Of a stretch of 64,000 nt of DNA, positions 14,981 to 24,838 are shown one piece after another. Origin of the DNA: Candidatus Ozemobacteraceae bacterium. Lineage in GTDB: Bacteria; Muiribacteriota; Ozemobacteria; Ozemobacterales; Ozemobacteraceae. The first letter of the stretch is position 1; the number at the start of each line of letters is the position of its first letter. The position numbers and the translations under genes are program-made. The stretch lies in assembly GCA_036567845.1 (NCBI GenBank), contig DATCTT010000187.1, positions 385-64,384 of the forward strand, in the 5' to 3' direction. The notes under the pieces are model-generated. The model worked only from the letters and a program-made list of their open reading frames with translations, made no database searches and was not told the DNA's origin.

Positions 14981-16840
14981 ATGAAACGCATCTCCATGCT
15001 TCTGGTCCTGGCCCTGGTGCTCAGCACCGTGGCCGCCAGCGCCAATCCGTTCTCCGATGTACCGTTCTCTCACTGGGCTTACGACGCGGTCAACAAGCTC
15101 GCCGCCAAGGGCATCCTTCAGGGTTATCCTGACGGCACCTACAAGGGCGAAAAGCACGTCACCCGCTACGCTCTCGCCATGGTCACCGCCAAGATGCTCG
15201 CCAACGTCGAGCAGATGCTCGAGAAGGGCATTGGCACGAACCTCGTCACCAAGTCCGACCTCCAGACCCTCGAGAAGCTCACCGTCGAGTTCGCTGACGA
15301 GCTGGCTCTTCTGGGCGTGAAGGTCACCGCTCTCGAAGACGACATGCAGGTCGTGAAGGAAGATGTCGCGACCCTGAAGAAGGACGTCGAGGGCATCAAG
15401 GACTACATGGCCAAGGGCGGTATGGAGAAGGTGAAGCTCTCCGGCGACATGCTCGTCCGCCACACCAGCCTGATCACCGACAACGATCTGTTCAATGACA
15501 ACACCCGCGCTTACACGCAGCTCCGCTTCCAGTTCCGCGCGAACATCGACGAGAACGTCACCGCCGTGGCTCGCTGGCACATGCTTGACAGCCAGGAAAT
15601 GACGGTTCCCGGTTCGGGTCAGGGCACCAACGTTGGCGAGCGTGGCGGCCGCTGGGGCAACAACGGCCTCATCGGTGGCAACCGCGACAATCTGGATGCC
15701 GGCGCCGAGATCGACCTGGCCTACTTGAACATCAAAGACATGTTCCGCTTCGGTGGCGACTTCACCTTCGGCCGCAACTTCTATGCGACCGGTCACAGCC
15801 TCCTCCTCAGCGACTACGTCGACGCGATCAAGTATGCCAAGCGCACTGGTGATGTCGATGTCGCCCTGTATTGCATCTATGACCTGCACGTCGGCAGCTT
15901 CGCTGACAAGGCTCTTGCCAATGACTACCGGAACCTCTGGGGCCTGACCCTCGGCACCAAGTATCGCGATCACGACCTCTACCTGAACCTCTTCGGTCAG
16001 GACGAGCCCGCTCGCGTGAACCAGCTCGCCGGTGTGCCCTCTATCCTCACGAATGTTGCTGGCGATCAGAGCAGCGACAAGATGTTCGACATCGAATTCG
16101 GCGGCAAGGGTCCCCTGGGGAAGAACGGTCACTGGGATTATGACCTGGGCTTCGCTTACACCGACTATCAGCTTGATGTTATCACTGGCGCTGGTCTGAA
16201 CTTCATCAGCCCCGAAATGCAGGGTTGGATGGGTCACGCCGCTGTGAAGTGGGATTCCAAGAAAGAGTGGGCCGCGAAACTCGGTTACACCTTCGCTGAC
16301 GACGAGTCTGTCGGCGCCATCAGCCTCGACAACAATCGCCGCTATGACGACGGTATCGAGACCCCCTACGAAGACATCGCCCGTGGCAACACCTACTTCC
16401 GCCGTGGCCTGCTCAACATGAGCGACATCAAGCTCCAGGTCGAGTATCGCCCTCGCAACACCAAGCACTACTTCCGCCTGGCCGGCGACTTCATGGACGA
16501 GCTGAAGGACACTGTGTCCAACGATCTGGCTCGCTATGCAAACGGTGGCAATGCGCGGTTTGTTGGCAATCCGGATCTGAACGCTGGTCAGACCACGAAG
16601 ACCAACACTGCTTATGACATCTACAACAACTTCCTCACCGCTGATCCGAAGGCGACCATCCTGACCTTCGAGTATCGCTATCAGCTGGCTGAGAACACCC
16701 GCATCCGCGTTGGCTACACCGCCTTCGACATGACCGGCGACGCCGTTAAGGGTGCTGCCGCTGTCGCCGCCGGTACCGGCTCGACGGGCCGCGATTGGGA
16801 TTACAACATGTTCTGGGCTGAGCTCTACAGCCGCTTCTAA
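14981..16840 (+). CDS. SLH-domain outer-membrane porin (OmpM/SomA-like: signal peptide + SLH domain + coiled coil + beta-barrel ending in Phe)
   Basis: Signal peptide MKRISMLLVLALVLSTVAASA. SLH motif FSDVPFSHWAYDAVNKLAAKGILQGYPDGTYKGEKHVTRYALA. Heptad-rich linker, aromatic-rich beta-strand region, C-terminal ...YSRF. GGGGAAAATCA RBS. Confidence 0.85.
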   Translation: MKRISMLLVLALVLSTVAASANPFSDVPFSHWAYDAVNKLAAKGILQGYPDGTYKGEKHVTRYALAMVTAKMLANVEQMLEKGIGTNLVTKSDLQTLEKLTVEFADELALLGVKVTALEDDMQVVKEDVATLKKDVEGIKDYMAKGGMEKVKLSGDMLVRHTSLITDNDLFNDNTRAYTQLRFQFRANIDENVTAVARWHMLDSQEMTVPGSGQGTNVGERGGRWGNNGLIGGNRDNLDAGAEIDLAYLNIKDMFRFGGDFTFGRNFYATGHSLLLSDYVDAIKYAKRTGDVDVALYCIYDLHVGSFADKALANDYRNLWGLTLGTKYRDHDLYLNLFGQDEPARVNQLAGVPSILTNVAGDQSSDKMFDIEFGGKGPLGKNGHWDYDLGFAYTDYQLDVITGAGLNFISPEMQGWMGHAAVKWDSKKEWAAKLGYTFADDESVGAISLDNNRRYDDGIETPYEDIARGNTYFRRGLLNMSDIKLQVEYRPRNTKHYFRLAGDFMDELKDTVSNDLARYANGGNARFVGNPDLNAGQTTKTNTAYDIYNNFLTADPKATILTFEYRYQLAENTRIRVGYTAFDMTGDAVKGAAAVAAGTGSTGRDWDYNMFWAELYSRF

Positions 16841-16864
16841 TCCCTTAGCTTAACCAGTCCTCAA

Positions 16865-16897
16865 AGAGCCCCGCGAAAGCGGGGCTCTTTCCTTTTG
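16865..16897 (+). terminator. Rho-independent terminator (agagccccgc-gaaa-gcggggctct + TTCCTTTTG)
   Basis: 10-bp GC stem, GNRA-like loop, T-rich tail, 25 nt after the porin stop codon. Confidence 0.8.
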
Positions 16898-17092
16898 TCC
16901 CGATCCTGGCAGGGCCGGTGCAAGGATTCGGTGGGAAGTGTCTCTCAAGATCGAGCGGCTGAGTTTGTGGCAATCCAAAGAACCGGTCTGTCGTTTGAGA
17001 GGCGTGTGAGCATCGGTGGCCAGTTGACAAAGGGTTGCCGGGGCTTCTACCATACGTCGAAACAGGTCATTTCAATGGAGGAGACGAAACTC

Positions 17093-18070
17093 ATGAAGAA
17101 ACTCGTTTGTGGCCTCGTGATCGTGCTTGCGATGGCGGCCGCGCCGGCGTTTGCCGGGCTGATCGATCTGGTGCCGGCCGATTCGCCGTTCGTCCTCAAT
17201 CTGAACATGGGCAAGCTGCTTGCCTTCGAGCCGATGAAGGCGATGGTCGACGAGACGTTCGGAACGGGCACCCCCGAAGGCAAGAAGGCCCTCGAAGAGT
17301 TCGTTGCCAAGCTCGGTTTCGACCCCTTCAAGCAGCTCGCCAACGTGATGGTCTACTCGTCGGAAGCCGGCTTCAAGGTCGAAGACATGCGGGACCACGT
17401 CGGCATCCTCGTCGACGGCTCGTTCGATGCCAAGAAACTGGTTGAAGGCATCAAGGCCGACACCGAGCTGATGAAGCAGGTCGACCTCGTCGGGTTCGAA
17501 GGCCTGACCGCGATCGCCGGCAAGGACAGCGGCCGCAAGGCGGCGTTCCTCGACGAGAAAACGGCCGTTATGGGCGCCGATGAGATCATCAAGACCACCG
17601 CGACCGTGAAGAACGGTAAGGCCAAGGCCCTGGCGGCCGATCCGGCTTTTGCCGGCATGCTGAAGAAGGTCGACGCGAACGCCGGCATGTGGGGCTGCGC
17701 CCTCGTCACCGCCGACATGAAGGCCCAGGCGAAGTCCAACCCTGTCAGCGCCCCCCTGGCCGCCGCCAATGCGATGTTCCTGAGCGTCACCTTCGGCAAG
17801 GATATGGGCATCAACGCCGCCGCTGAAGTGGCCAAGGCCGACGAGGCCGCGGCCGTCGCCGAGTGCGTCAAGAACTACGTTGCCATGTTCAAGGCCTGGG
17901 CCGTCGATGTGCCCGAACTGGTCGACGTCTTCAAGATGGCGAAGATCGAGACCGACGGCACGACCGTGAAGTTCGGCCTGAACCTGCCCAAGGCCCAGTT
18001 CGACACTTTCGTCGCCAAGATGCAGGAGCGCCTTGCCGCCCCGGCCACCCCTGCTGCTCCCGCCAAGTAA
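17093..18070 (+). CDS. Secreted Ala/Lys-rich hypothetical protein (signal peptide)
   Basis: MKKLVCGLVIVLAMAAAPAFAG signal peptide. GGAGGAG RBS before the second ATG (17093). No recognised catalytic motif. Confidence 0.5.
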   Translation: MKKLVCGLVIVLAMAAAPAFAGLIDLVPADSPFVLNLNMGKLLAFEPMKAMVDETFGTGTPEGKKALEEFVAKLGFDPFKQLANVMVYSSEAGFKVEDMRDHVGILVDGSFDAKKLVEGIKADTELMKQVDLVGFEGLTAIAGKDSGRKAAFLDEKTAVMGADEIIKTTATVKNGKAKALAADPAFAGMLKKVDANAGMWGCALVTADMKAQAKSNPVSAPLAAANAMFLSVTFGKDMGINAAAEVAKADEAAAVAECVKNYVAMFKAWAVDVPELVDVFKMAKIETDGTTVKFGLNLPKAQFDTFVAKMQERLAAPATPAAPAK

Positions 18071-18102
18071 AGGCTGCGCAGGGATATCCCCTGTTGATCA
18101 GA

Positions 18103-18140
18103 GGCGCCGTCCCGGCAAATCGCCGGGGCGGCGTTGTCAT
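18103..18140 (+). terminator. GC-rich hairpin terminator in the convergent gap (gccgtcccggc-aaat-cgccggggcggc + TTGTCATTTC)
   Basis: 11-bp stem with moderately T-rich tail. Between the 17093 gene (+) and the TagA-fusion gene (-). Confidence 0.5.
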
Positions 18141-19930
18141 TTCTGGGGAGCCGGCCGGTTCAGTTTCTCCCGCAGAACGGCGGCGACAAACACCGGAATG
18201 CTCAGCATCCGTCGGAACCTCGATGGTTCTCGATACAGCCGGAACAGCCATTCGAGGGCGAATCTTTGCATCCAGAGCGGCGCGCGCGGCAGACGGCCCG
18301 AAAGAACATCGAAGCTGCCCCCGACGCCGATGGCGATCATGCCCCGGGCAACCGGCCGCAACTTCGCAATGAACTCCTCCTGCCGTGGAACGCCCATCGC
18401 GACGAACACCAGGCGGGGTTGTGCCGCGAGAATCGTTCGGATGACGTCTGCCTCCTCGGCGGAGTCGGGTGCGAAATAGCCATGGTGGGTGCCGGCGACG
18501 GAAAGACCTGGAATGCGCTCCTGGATCTGCTCAACGGCCACCTCGATGATTCCCGGCCTGGCGCCGACGAAATAAACGGATTGATGCGCTTCGGCCGCCA
18601 GGCGACACAGGTCATCCACGAGTCCCACGCCCGGAATGCGTTCGACGATCGGCGTGCCGAGCACATCCGCCGCCCAGACGAGACCGGCTCCATCGGGCAG
18701 AACGAGGGACGCCTGGCTCAGGGCCTGGGCGAACGAGCGGTCATGCCGGGCGCGTTCGAGAGCGAGGGAATCCGCGGTGATCAGGTGGTGAAACCCGTCT
18801 CCCGCTCCAAGCCACGCGGCGATCCGCGCCAGGGCGTTCTGGCGGGAAATCGCGTCGACCGGTGAGCCGAGGATCGTGATGCGCTTCTGCTTGTCGACGG
18901 CTTCCGATCCGGAATCAGCCGGGGCATGGTCTTCCTGGGCCGCGGGGCGGGCGAGAATCCGGATGAACCAGGCCAGAGTGGCAATGACAAGGACGGCGAG
19001 GGCGAGATAGCCCCATGCCGCGGAGCGGCTCGCATACAGCAGAATCGCGAAATTCGGGGTCAGGAACACCAGGCCGGCGATCAGGACGAGACGGCGGCGC
19101 GGCAGACTCCAGGCGAAAGACCGGTGACGCAGGGCGGGGTCCGGCTCATACAGCTCGTTTCCGAGATATGAGAGAAGGATGAGAATGCTGACGAAGGCCG
19201 GAGGCAGCACAAGGACGGCTGCCGGAACAAGAAGCCCGATGCCCAGCAGGGTTTTCGACCGGCCGAGCATCGAGAGGGCGGCGAGAAGCCAGCCGAGGGC
19301 GAGATGCCCCGAGCTTCCCAGAAGGAGCCGCCGGCCCAGGGCGGCCGACACCAGCACCAGAGACGGCGTGACGATCATCGAGAGCGTGAACGAAAAGGCG
19401 GCGGCTGGGGTCGTTTCCTGCCCGGAAAAAAAGAGGAGGAAGGTGAGTCCGCTTCCGAGACACAGCAGCGAGGGCATGCCGAAAATATATGAAGATATAT
19501 ACAGGCTGATGATGATCGGGACAGGCCAGAACACGGCCAGCGCGATTCCGAGCGGATACGACGGATGGGTGACGGTCACGCCTGCCCAGGCGCCGCCGAG
19601 AAAGACGAAAAGCAGATAGGGCAGCAGGACCCGCCAGGTGATCAGGCCGATGTCGTGCAGAAACCCGAGAAGCGCGCAGGCAAACGTGCCGGCGAGCAAG
19701 GCGATCGTTTCGGGGGAGGTTGCCGGTTCCGGGGAGAGAAAGGCGATCAGCACCCCCAGAACGACGGGGAGACCGCCGATGTATGTGCCGCGCCCCAGAT
19801 GCCGGGTTGCGCGTTCGAGCAGGGCGACGCCCGGAACGCGCAGGGAGATGAGAAACAGCGAAAACGCGATTCCCGTGGCGGTCACGAGAATGCTGAGGGC
19901 GAATATCCACCCGATCGTCAACCCGTCCAT
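18137..19930 (-). CDS. Fusion of a polytopic membrane domain (WecA/TagO-like N-terminal motif, tentative) with a C-terminal WecB/TagA/CpsF-family glycosyltransferase
   Basis: C-terminal ~250 aa: ITILGSPVD...VLPDGAGLVWA...VYFVGARPG...RLVFVAMGVPRQEEF...IGVGGSFD is the TagA/WecG fold. N-terminal ~330 aa has ~10 TM helices with RHLGRGTYIGGLPVVLGVL resembling the WecA N-terminal motif. Confidence 0.7.
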   Translation of the reverse strand: MDGLTIGWIFALSILVTATGIAFSLFLISLRVPGVALLERATRHLGRGTYIGGLPVVLGVLIAFLSPEPATSPETIALLAGTFACALLGFLHDIGLITWRVLLPYLLFVFLGGAWAGVTVTHPSYPLGIALAVFWPVPIIISLYISSYIFGMPSLLCLGSGLTFLLFFSGQETTPAAAFSFTLSMIVTPSLVLVSAALGRRLLLGSSGHLALGWLLAALSMLGRSKTLLGIGLLVPAAVLVLPPAFVSILILLSYLGNELYEPDPALRHRSFAWSLPRRRLVLIAGLVFLTPNFAILLYASRSAAWGYLALAVLVIATLAWFIRILARPAAQEDHAPADSGSEAVDKQKRITILGSPVDAISRQNALARIAAWLGAGDGFHHLITADSLALERARHDRSFAQALSQASLVLPDGAGLVWAADVLGTPIVERIPGVGLVDDLCRLAAEAHQSVYFVGARPGIIEVAVEQIQERIPGLSVAGTHHGYFAPDSAEEADVIRTILAAQPRLVFVAMGVPRQEEFIAKLRPVARGMIAIGVGGSFDVLSGRLPRAPLWMQRFALEWLFRLYREPSRFRRMLSIPVFVAAVLREKLNRPAPQK

Positions 19931-19993
19931 GATGAAGTTATCGGCATGAACCGCAGGGGAAGGAGAGAAGGCTGGTCGGCCGGCACGCGCGGG

Positions 19994-20215
19994 TCACGGG
20001 GCGCCCGTGAGTTCCCACTTGACGATGTAGTAGACGAAGCCCCCGAGAATGAAAAACTCGGAGTAGGCCATCAGCGGATACACCTTGCGCTTGGCGTCCC
20101 ACCAGTCCCAGAAAAAGTTGAGGGCGTCGAACACGCTCAGCAGGATCTGCACGATCCAGTAAGCCGCGACGAACACCGCCGTCAGATACGCCGGGATGAT
20201 GTAATAGAGCGCCAT
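19994..20215 (-). CDS. Small 2-TM membrane protein (hypothetical)
   Basis: MALYYIIPAYLTAVFVAAYWIVQILL... Precedes the TagA-fusion gene on the same strand. Confidence 0.35.
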   Translation of the reverse strand: MALYYIIPAYLTAVFVAAYWIVQILLSVFDALNFFWDWWDAKRKVYPLMAYSEFFILGGFVYYIVKWELTGAP

Positions 20216-20282
20216 GCCGCGATGGTAGCACAGTCGGTGCCTTCCTTCAACAGCACGGCTGCATTCCACGCCTGTCCCTCTG

Positions 20283-20311
20283 TTGCGGAAATCTCCCTGA
20301 CAGGCTAGTAT
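20283..20311 (+). promoter_or_regulatory. Candidate promoter TTGCGG-17 nt-TAGTAT at the head of the glycan locus (near-leaderless)
   Basis: -10 ends 10 nt before ATG 20321, in the divergent region. Confidence 0.35.
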
Positions 20312-20320
20312 GGCCGGGCT

Positions 20321-21181
20321 ATGGGCGCGGAAAACACGATGCAGATCACCGGGGCCGATTCCCTGATCGGAGAGGCCCTTGCGGCCGTCCGCGGGGAATT
20401 CCCGTTTGCAGGGTACATGGATGCGACGGGGGAGTCCGCAAGAAATATTGCGAAGATTATTCTTTCCTCGCTTCCCACCGGTTCCTCTGTTCTGGATTTC
20501 GGGTCAGGGCCCTGCGACAAGACGGCCGTTCTCCAGAAACTCGGATACAGATGCACGGCCATCGACGATCTCGGCGACGACTGGCATCGGCTGGACGATA
20601 ACAGGGCGCGGATTCTCGCGTTCATCCGGCACGCGGGGATCGTGTTCCACGAGGCCCCGACGGAGCAGCTCCGCGCGGCAGATGGCCGGCCATTCGACCT
20701 GCTGATGCTGAACGACGTGCTCGAACACCTGCATGACTCGCCGCGGGAGCTGATGAACTCGCTTGTCAGCCTGGTGCGTCCGGGGGGGCACGTTCTGATC
20801 ACCGTGCCGAATGCCGGCAACATCAGAAAACGACTGGCGTTGCTCCTCGGGAAGACCAATCTGCCCGCCTTCGAACTGTACTACTGGCAGGCCGGCCGGT
20901 GGCGCGGGCACGTCCGGGAGTATGTCCGATCCGATCTCCGGCTCCTGGCGGGGTATCTGGGTCTCACGGTTCTCGAGCTGCGCGGCTGTGACCACATGAC
21001 CGGCAAGGTGCCCGCTATTCTGAGGCCGCTATACCGGCTTGTCACAGGCGTATTCGACGGGTTCAAGGACACCTGGATGATGCTGTGCCGCAAGCCGGCG
21101 GACTGGAGTCCCCGATTGGAACTGCCACCCGAGGAATTCAGGAAGATGATGAACACCTATAATGCCTACTCTTTTTCCTGA
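20321..21181 (+). CDS. Class I SAM-dependent methyltransferase
   Basis: VLDFGSGPCD (motif I) and DLLMLNDVLEHL (motif II/post I). Confidence 0.7.
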   Translation: MGAENTMQITGADSLIGEALAAVRGEFPFAGYMDATGESARNIAKIILSSLPTGSSVLDFGSGPCDKTAVLQKLGYRCTAIDDLGDDWHRLDDNRARILAFIRHAGIVFHEAPTEQLRAADGRPFDLLMLNDVLEHLHDSPRELMNSLVSLVRPGGHVLITVPNAGNIRKRLALLLGKTNLPAFELYYWQAGRWRGHVREYVRSDLRLLAGYLGLTVLELRGCDHMTGKVPAILRPLYRLVTGVFDGFKDTWMMLCRKPADWSPRLELPPEEFRKMMNTYNAYSFS

Positions 21182-22355
21182 CCGCAGAATTCCGAATGGT
21201 CGAAAAATTCGGGTTGCCTGGCTGCTGACTCCCGTCACGTATGGCATGGGAGGCACATGGAAACATGTAAGCAACTGGGCCCGAGGTTTTGATCGGGAAC
21301 GATTTGAATGTTGCCTCTTCTTTTGCCCGACGGCTCCGGAAAAAGAACAAGCTATTATGGAACATTTTGCCGGATTCCCCGGCCTTGTCGTGATTCCTGT
21401 CCGTGGATTGTATCCCGTCTCTCGGTGGATCCAAGGGGGGCTGCTGGAGCTGTATGCAGCTCTGAAAAACTGGAAGCCGGATATCCTTCACTCGATTTTT
21501 TTGCAGAGCGATATTGCCGCCGCTCTTGTTGGTCGTCGAGCTGGGATTCAGGTCCATATCTCTTCGTGGGAAAGCGATCCGTGTTACTGGCTTTCGCCAG
21601 GATGGAAGTATCCCCTCAACAATCTGGGATTCAACTACAGCAAACGCCGGATAGATCGGGTTATTGTCATTACCTCGCATATGCGCCGACTGGGGATTGA
21701 CCGATTCCGAATCCCGGCTTCACGCATTTCTCAAGTCCCCGTTGGCTTGCCCCTGGAGGATTTTCCCCGGAGGAAGAACGTTGAGATTTGTGAACGTCCG
21801 TCGAGAAGCATTCGAATCGGGACGATTGCCCGACTGTCTCCGGAAAAACTCGTTGATACGATCATTCGGGCAATTCCCCTGGTGCTGAAAGTCTTTCCTG
21901 ATGCCCGCTTCATTATTGCCGGGGACGGTCCGGAAAAATCACGACTGGAACAGCTTGCCGCTGATCTTGGCGTGGGTTTGAGCACCGAGTTTATCGGGTG
22001 GCAGACGGATATCGGGTCTGTGCTGCAGAATTTGGATATCTTTCTCTTTACATCGAGGGCAGAGGGCTTGCCGCTGGCTGTTCTCGAAGCTCAGGCTGCG
22101 ATGGTTCCCACGATTGCTTCGAGTGTTGGGGGGGTGCCTGATATTATCCGGAATGGGGAAAACGGTCTATTGCTTTCGTCGGCCGCTCCGGAGGAACTTT
22201 CCACTCTTCTTCTGCGATTGATTGGGGACCGGCTTCTTGCGTCATCATTGGCGGAAAATGGCAGAAAGGTTTTCGAATCAAGGTTCTTGCTCGACATTGA
22301 AATGGCTCGTATTCAAGATATATATTTGGAACTTTGGGAACGGGCGTATTCATGA
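21162..22355 (+). CDS. Glycosyltransferase family 4 (GT-B, retaining)
   Basis: C-terminal EGLPLAVLEAQAAMVPTIASSVGGVPDII..GENGLL (EX7E region). Confidence 0.8.
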   Translation: MPTLFPDRRIPNGRKIRVAWLLTPVTYGMGGTWKHVSNWARGFDRERFECCLFFCPTAPEKEQAIMEHFAGFPGLVVIPVRGLYPVSRWIQGGLLELYAALKNWKPDILHSIFLQSDIAAALVGRRAGIQVHISSWESDPCYWLSPGWKYPLNNLGFNYSKRRIDRVIVITSHMRRLGIDRFRIPASRISQVPVGLPLEDFPRRKNVEICERPSRSIRIGTIARLSPEKLVDTIIRAIPLVLKVFPDARFIIAGDGPEKSRLEQLAADLGVGLSTEFIGWQTDIGSVLQNLDIFLFTSRAEGLPLAVLEAQAAMVPTIASSVGGVPDIIRNGENGLLLSSAAPEELSTLLLRLIGDRLLASSLAENGRKVFESRFLLDIEMARIQDIYLELWERAYS

Positions 22356-22382
22356 AAGAGAAATCGCGATGCATTTTATGAT

Positions 22383-23576
22383 GTGGCAGGGGATGTTGCC
22401 GGTGGCTGCGCAATGAACAGAACTGCTTTGAGCGAACGAGTCATTTTGTTTGGCCCGCTTCCGCCGCCCTTCAATGGCCATACTCTGGCTTTTCAGATGT
22501 GTGTCCGGGGATGCGAAGAGCGGGGGCTGCAGCCTCGCGTTATCGACTATAGCCCGAGATGGCCTTCCTTGCGGAGGATTCCTGGAAGCAGGGTGCTCGA
22601 GTATCTCTTCATCCTGCTGCGGTATGGCCGGGCTCTGGTTGGGCGACAGTGTGGGACGGTGTATATCACGCTGAATCAGGCAGTCGACGGCTTGTGCCGC
22701 GATCTGATGCTGATGACTGCCGCCCAGCTGCTTGGATATCGGGTTCTCGTTCATATTCATGGCGGTTGCTATGACGGCGTGCTTAAATCCGCCCCGCCAT
22801 TCGTACGCCACTTGGCTGTGAAAGCCCTCTCGGCCTGTGATGCTGTGATTCTGCTCAGTGACAGGCTCCGGTTCATGTTCGATGCATGGCCCGAGATCCA
22901 GCCGCGGCTCCGTGTCGTGCCCAACGGGCTGCCCTTCGAACCGACGGGCTGTCCGACGGCGCCGAAGGAGATTCGCCCGGGTGAGCCTGTGCGGCTTCTG
23001 TATCTTTCCAACATGATTGCCAGCAAGGGATGGCAGGTTGTCCTGGAATCGGTTGATCGTCTGGTTCGTCATCATGGAATCGATGTGAGGGCAAGATTCT
23101 GCGGAGGTTTCATGGCTTCACCGGAGGATCGGCAGTTTGCCTCTCCCGCCGCTGCCAATGCCTGGTTTGATGCATATATTGTCGATCATGGGCTGGAGGG
23201 CCATGTCCGATACGATTCACATGTGGGGGGGGAGGAAAAAATCCGGGCACTTCAGGAAGCGCATCTGCTTCTCCTGCCATCCTCCTATCCAAATGAAGGA
23301 CAACCACTCACCTTGATCGAGGGCCTGGCATACGGATGCGTGCTTGTGGGAACCCCCTATCGGGCGATCCCAGATATGGCTCGAGATGGGGAAACCGGTC
23401 TTCTTCTTCCGCCTGATGCAGCAATGATAGCTGATGGAATACAAAAGCTGGTGCGCGACCCCGAGCGATTCCGGAACATGAGCGCCTCATCGTTAGCCTT
23501 GTTCCGGAAGGAGTTCCGTTCGGAAATCCATGTTGCCAATATCCTCCGATTGTTGGAGCGTCCTGTCAAAAACTGA
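22383..23576 (+). CDS. Glycosyltransferase family 4
   Basis: EGQPLTLIEGLAYGCVLVGTPYRAIPDMARDGETGLLL. Confidence 0.8.
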   Translation: MAGDVAGGCAMNRTALSERVILFGPLPPPFNGHTLAFQMCVRGCEERGLQPRVIDYSPRWPSLRRIPGSRVLEYLFILLRYGRALVGRQCGTVYITLNQAVDGLCRDLMLMTAAQLLGYRVLVHIHGGCYDGVLKSAPPFVRHLAVKALSACDAVILLSDRLRFMFDAWPEIQPRLRVVPNGLPFEPTGCPTAPKEIRPGEPVRLLYLSNMIASKGWQVVLESVDRLVRHHGIDVRARFCGGFMASPEDRQFASPAAANAWFDAYIVDHGLEGHVRYDSHVGGEEKIRALQEAHLLLLPSSYPNEGQPLTLIEGLAYGCVLVGTPYRAIPDMARDGETGLLLPPDAAMIADGIQKLVRDPERFRNMSASSLALFRKEFRSEIHVANILRLLERPVKN

Positions 23577-23720
23577 ATATGGATTGCCTTGGGACCTGTC
23601 AGAATCGCGGGAACCCCGTTTGACAAAGGCTGGAACGAAGACGTATAGTTTGTGCTGCCCTGAAACGCTGGAATTACTGATGGGACGGAGGCGGTTTTGC
23701 CTCTTCCAGGAGAAGACCTG

Positions 23721-24800
23721 ATGAAAATATCGAAAAATGTCCTGCGTTATCTCTTTGGACGTGGGGCGTTCGGACAGCTGGGTGAGCTGCTGGCGCCTTT
23801 GCGGAGGTCCGCAGACAGCAGGGTTGTGTTCTGTATCGATCACTATTTTAAGAATCGTGGTCTCATCGGACAACTCCCCGCTTCAGACAGGGATGAAGTC
23901 CGGTTCATCGACACAACGCACGAACCTAAAACCACGGGGATCAACCAGCTGGCCGACGAGTTCCGCCGGTTTCCGGTGGGGGAGATCGTTGCCGTCGTAG
24001 GCATTGGCGGCGGGGCTACCATGGACACCGCAAAGGCCATATCCAACCTTCTGACGAATGACGGCCCTGCAGAGCAGTATCAGGGCTGGGACCTTGTCAG
24101 AAAACCGGGCGTTCACAAAATTGGCATTCCCACGATATCAGGCACGGGATCGGAGTCGAGCCGTACCTGTGTCATGACGAATCCGGTGAATGGACTCAAG
24201 CTTGGGATGAACAGCGACCATACGATCTTCGATCAGCTTGTCCTGGATCCCGATCTCTGCATGACGGTTCCGCGAAACCAGTATTTCTATACGGGGCTCG
24301 ATACCTATATCCACTGTATCGAATCGCTGAGTGGACGAAACCGGCACATGCTGGCGGACGCTTTTTCCCATGAGGCGCTGAGGCTCTCGAGGCAGGTGTT
24401 TCTCGAAAGTGACATGCAAGAGGACGCGAACAGAGAGGCTTTGATGACAGCCTCCTATCTCGGAGGATGTGCGATCGCCAACAGCTACGTCGGCCTCGTC
24501 CATCCTTTTTCGGCTGGTCTGAGCGTCGTTCTTGGCCTGCATCACGGGATCGGCAACTGTATCGCGATGCTCGGGATGGAGGAATTCTATCCCAAGGAAT
24601 ATAAAGAATTCATGGCCATGGTGGACCGCCAGCAGGTCGATATCCCCCGGGGTGTCTGCAAGGGCCTTTCTGACGATAAATTCGAGGCGCTGTATCAGTC
24701 GACGATCATCCATGAAAAGCCCTTGGCGAATGCGCTTGGAGATAGTTATCGCTCCATCCTCACCCCTGAAAAGGTAAAGCAGATCTTTCTCAAAATGTAA
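23721..24800 (+). CDS. Iron-containing alcohol dehydrogenase / glycerol-1-phosphate dehydrogenase-like (Fe-ADH superfamily)
   Basis: GIGGGATMDTAKAI (GGGSxxD motif), His-rich metal site (HPFSAGLSVVLGLHHG). Confidence 0.65.
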   Translation: MKISKNVLRYLFGRGAFGQLGELLAPLRRSADSRVVFCIDHYFKNRGLIGQLPASDRDEVRFIDTTHEPKTTGINQLADEFRRFPVGEIVAVVGIGGGATMDTAKAISNLLTNDGPAEQYQGWDLVRKPGVHKIGIPTISGTGSESSRTCVMTNPVNGLKLGMNSDHTIFDQLVLDPDLCMTVPRNQYFYTGLDTYIHCIESLSGRNRHMLADAFSHEALRLSRQVFLESDMQEDANREALMTASYLGGCAIANSYVGLVHPFSAGLSVVLGLHHGIGNCIAMLGMEEFYPKEYKEFMAMVDRQQVDIPRGVCKGLSDDKFEALYQSTIIHEKPLANALGDSYRSILTPEKVKQIFLKM

Positions 24801-24838
24801 ATGCCGGTTTTCGAACCGTCTTCTGTCTGGAGGGACAA

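Noticed and set aside
14978-16468. 496-aa minus-strand ORF
   Set aside because: Antisense to the SLH porin, which has a signal peptide, SLH motif and terminal Phe.
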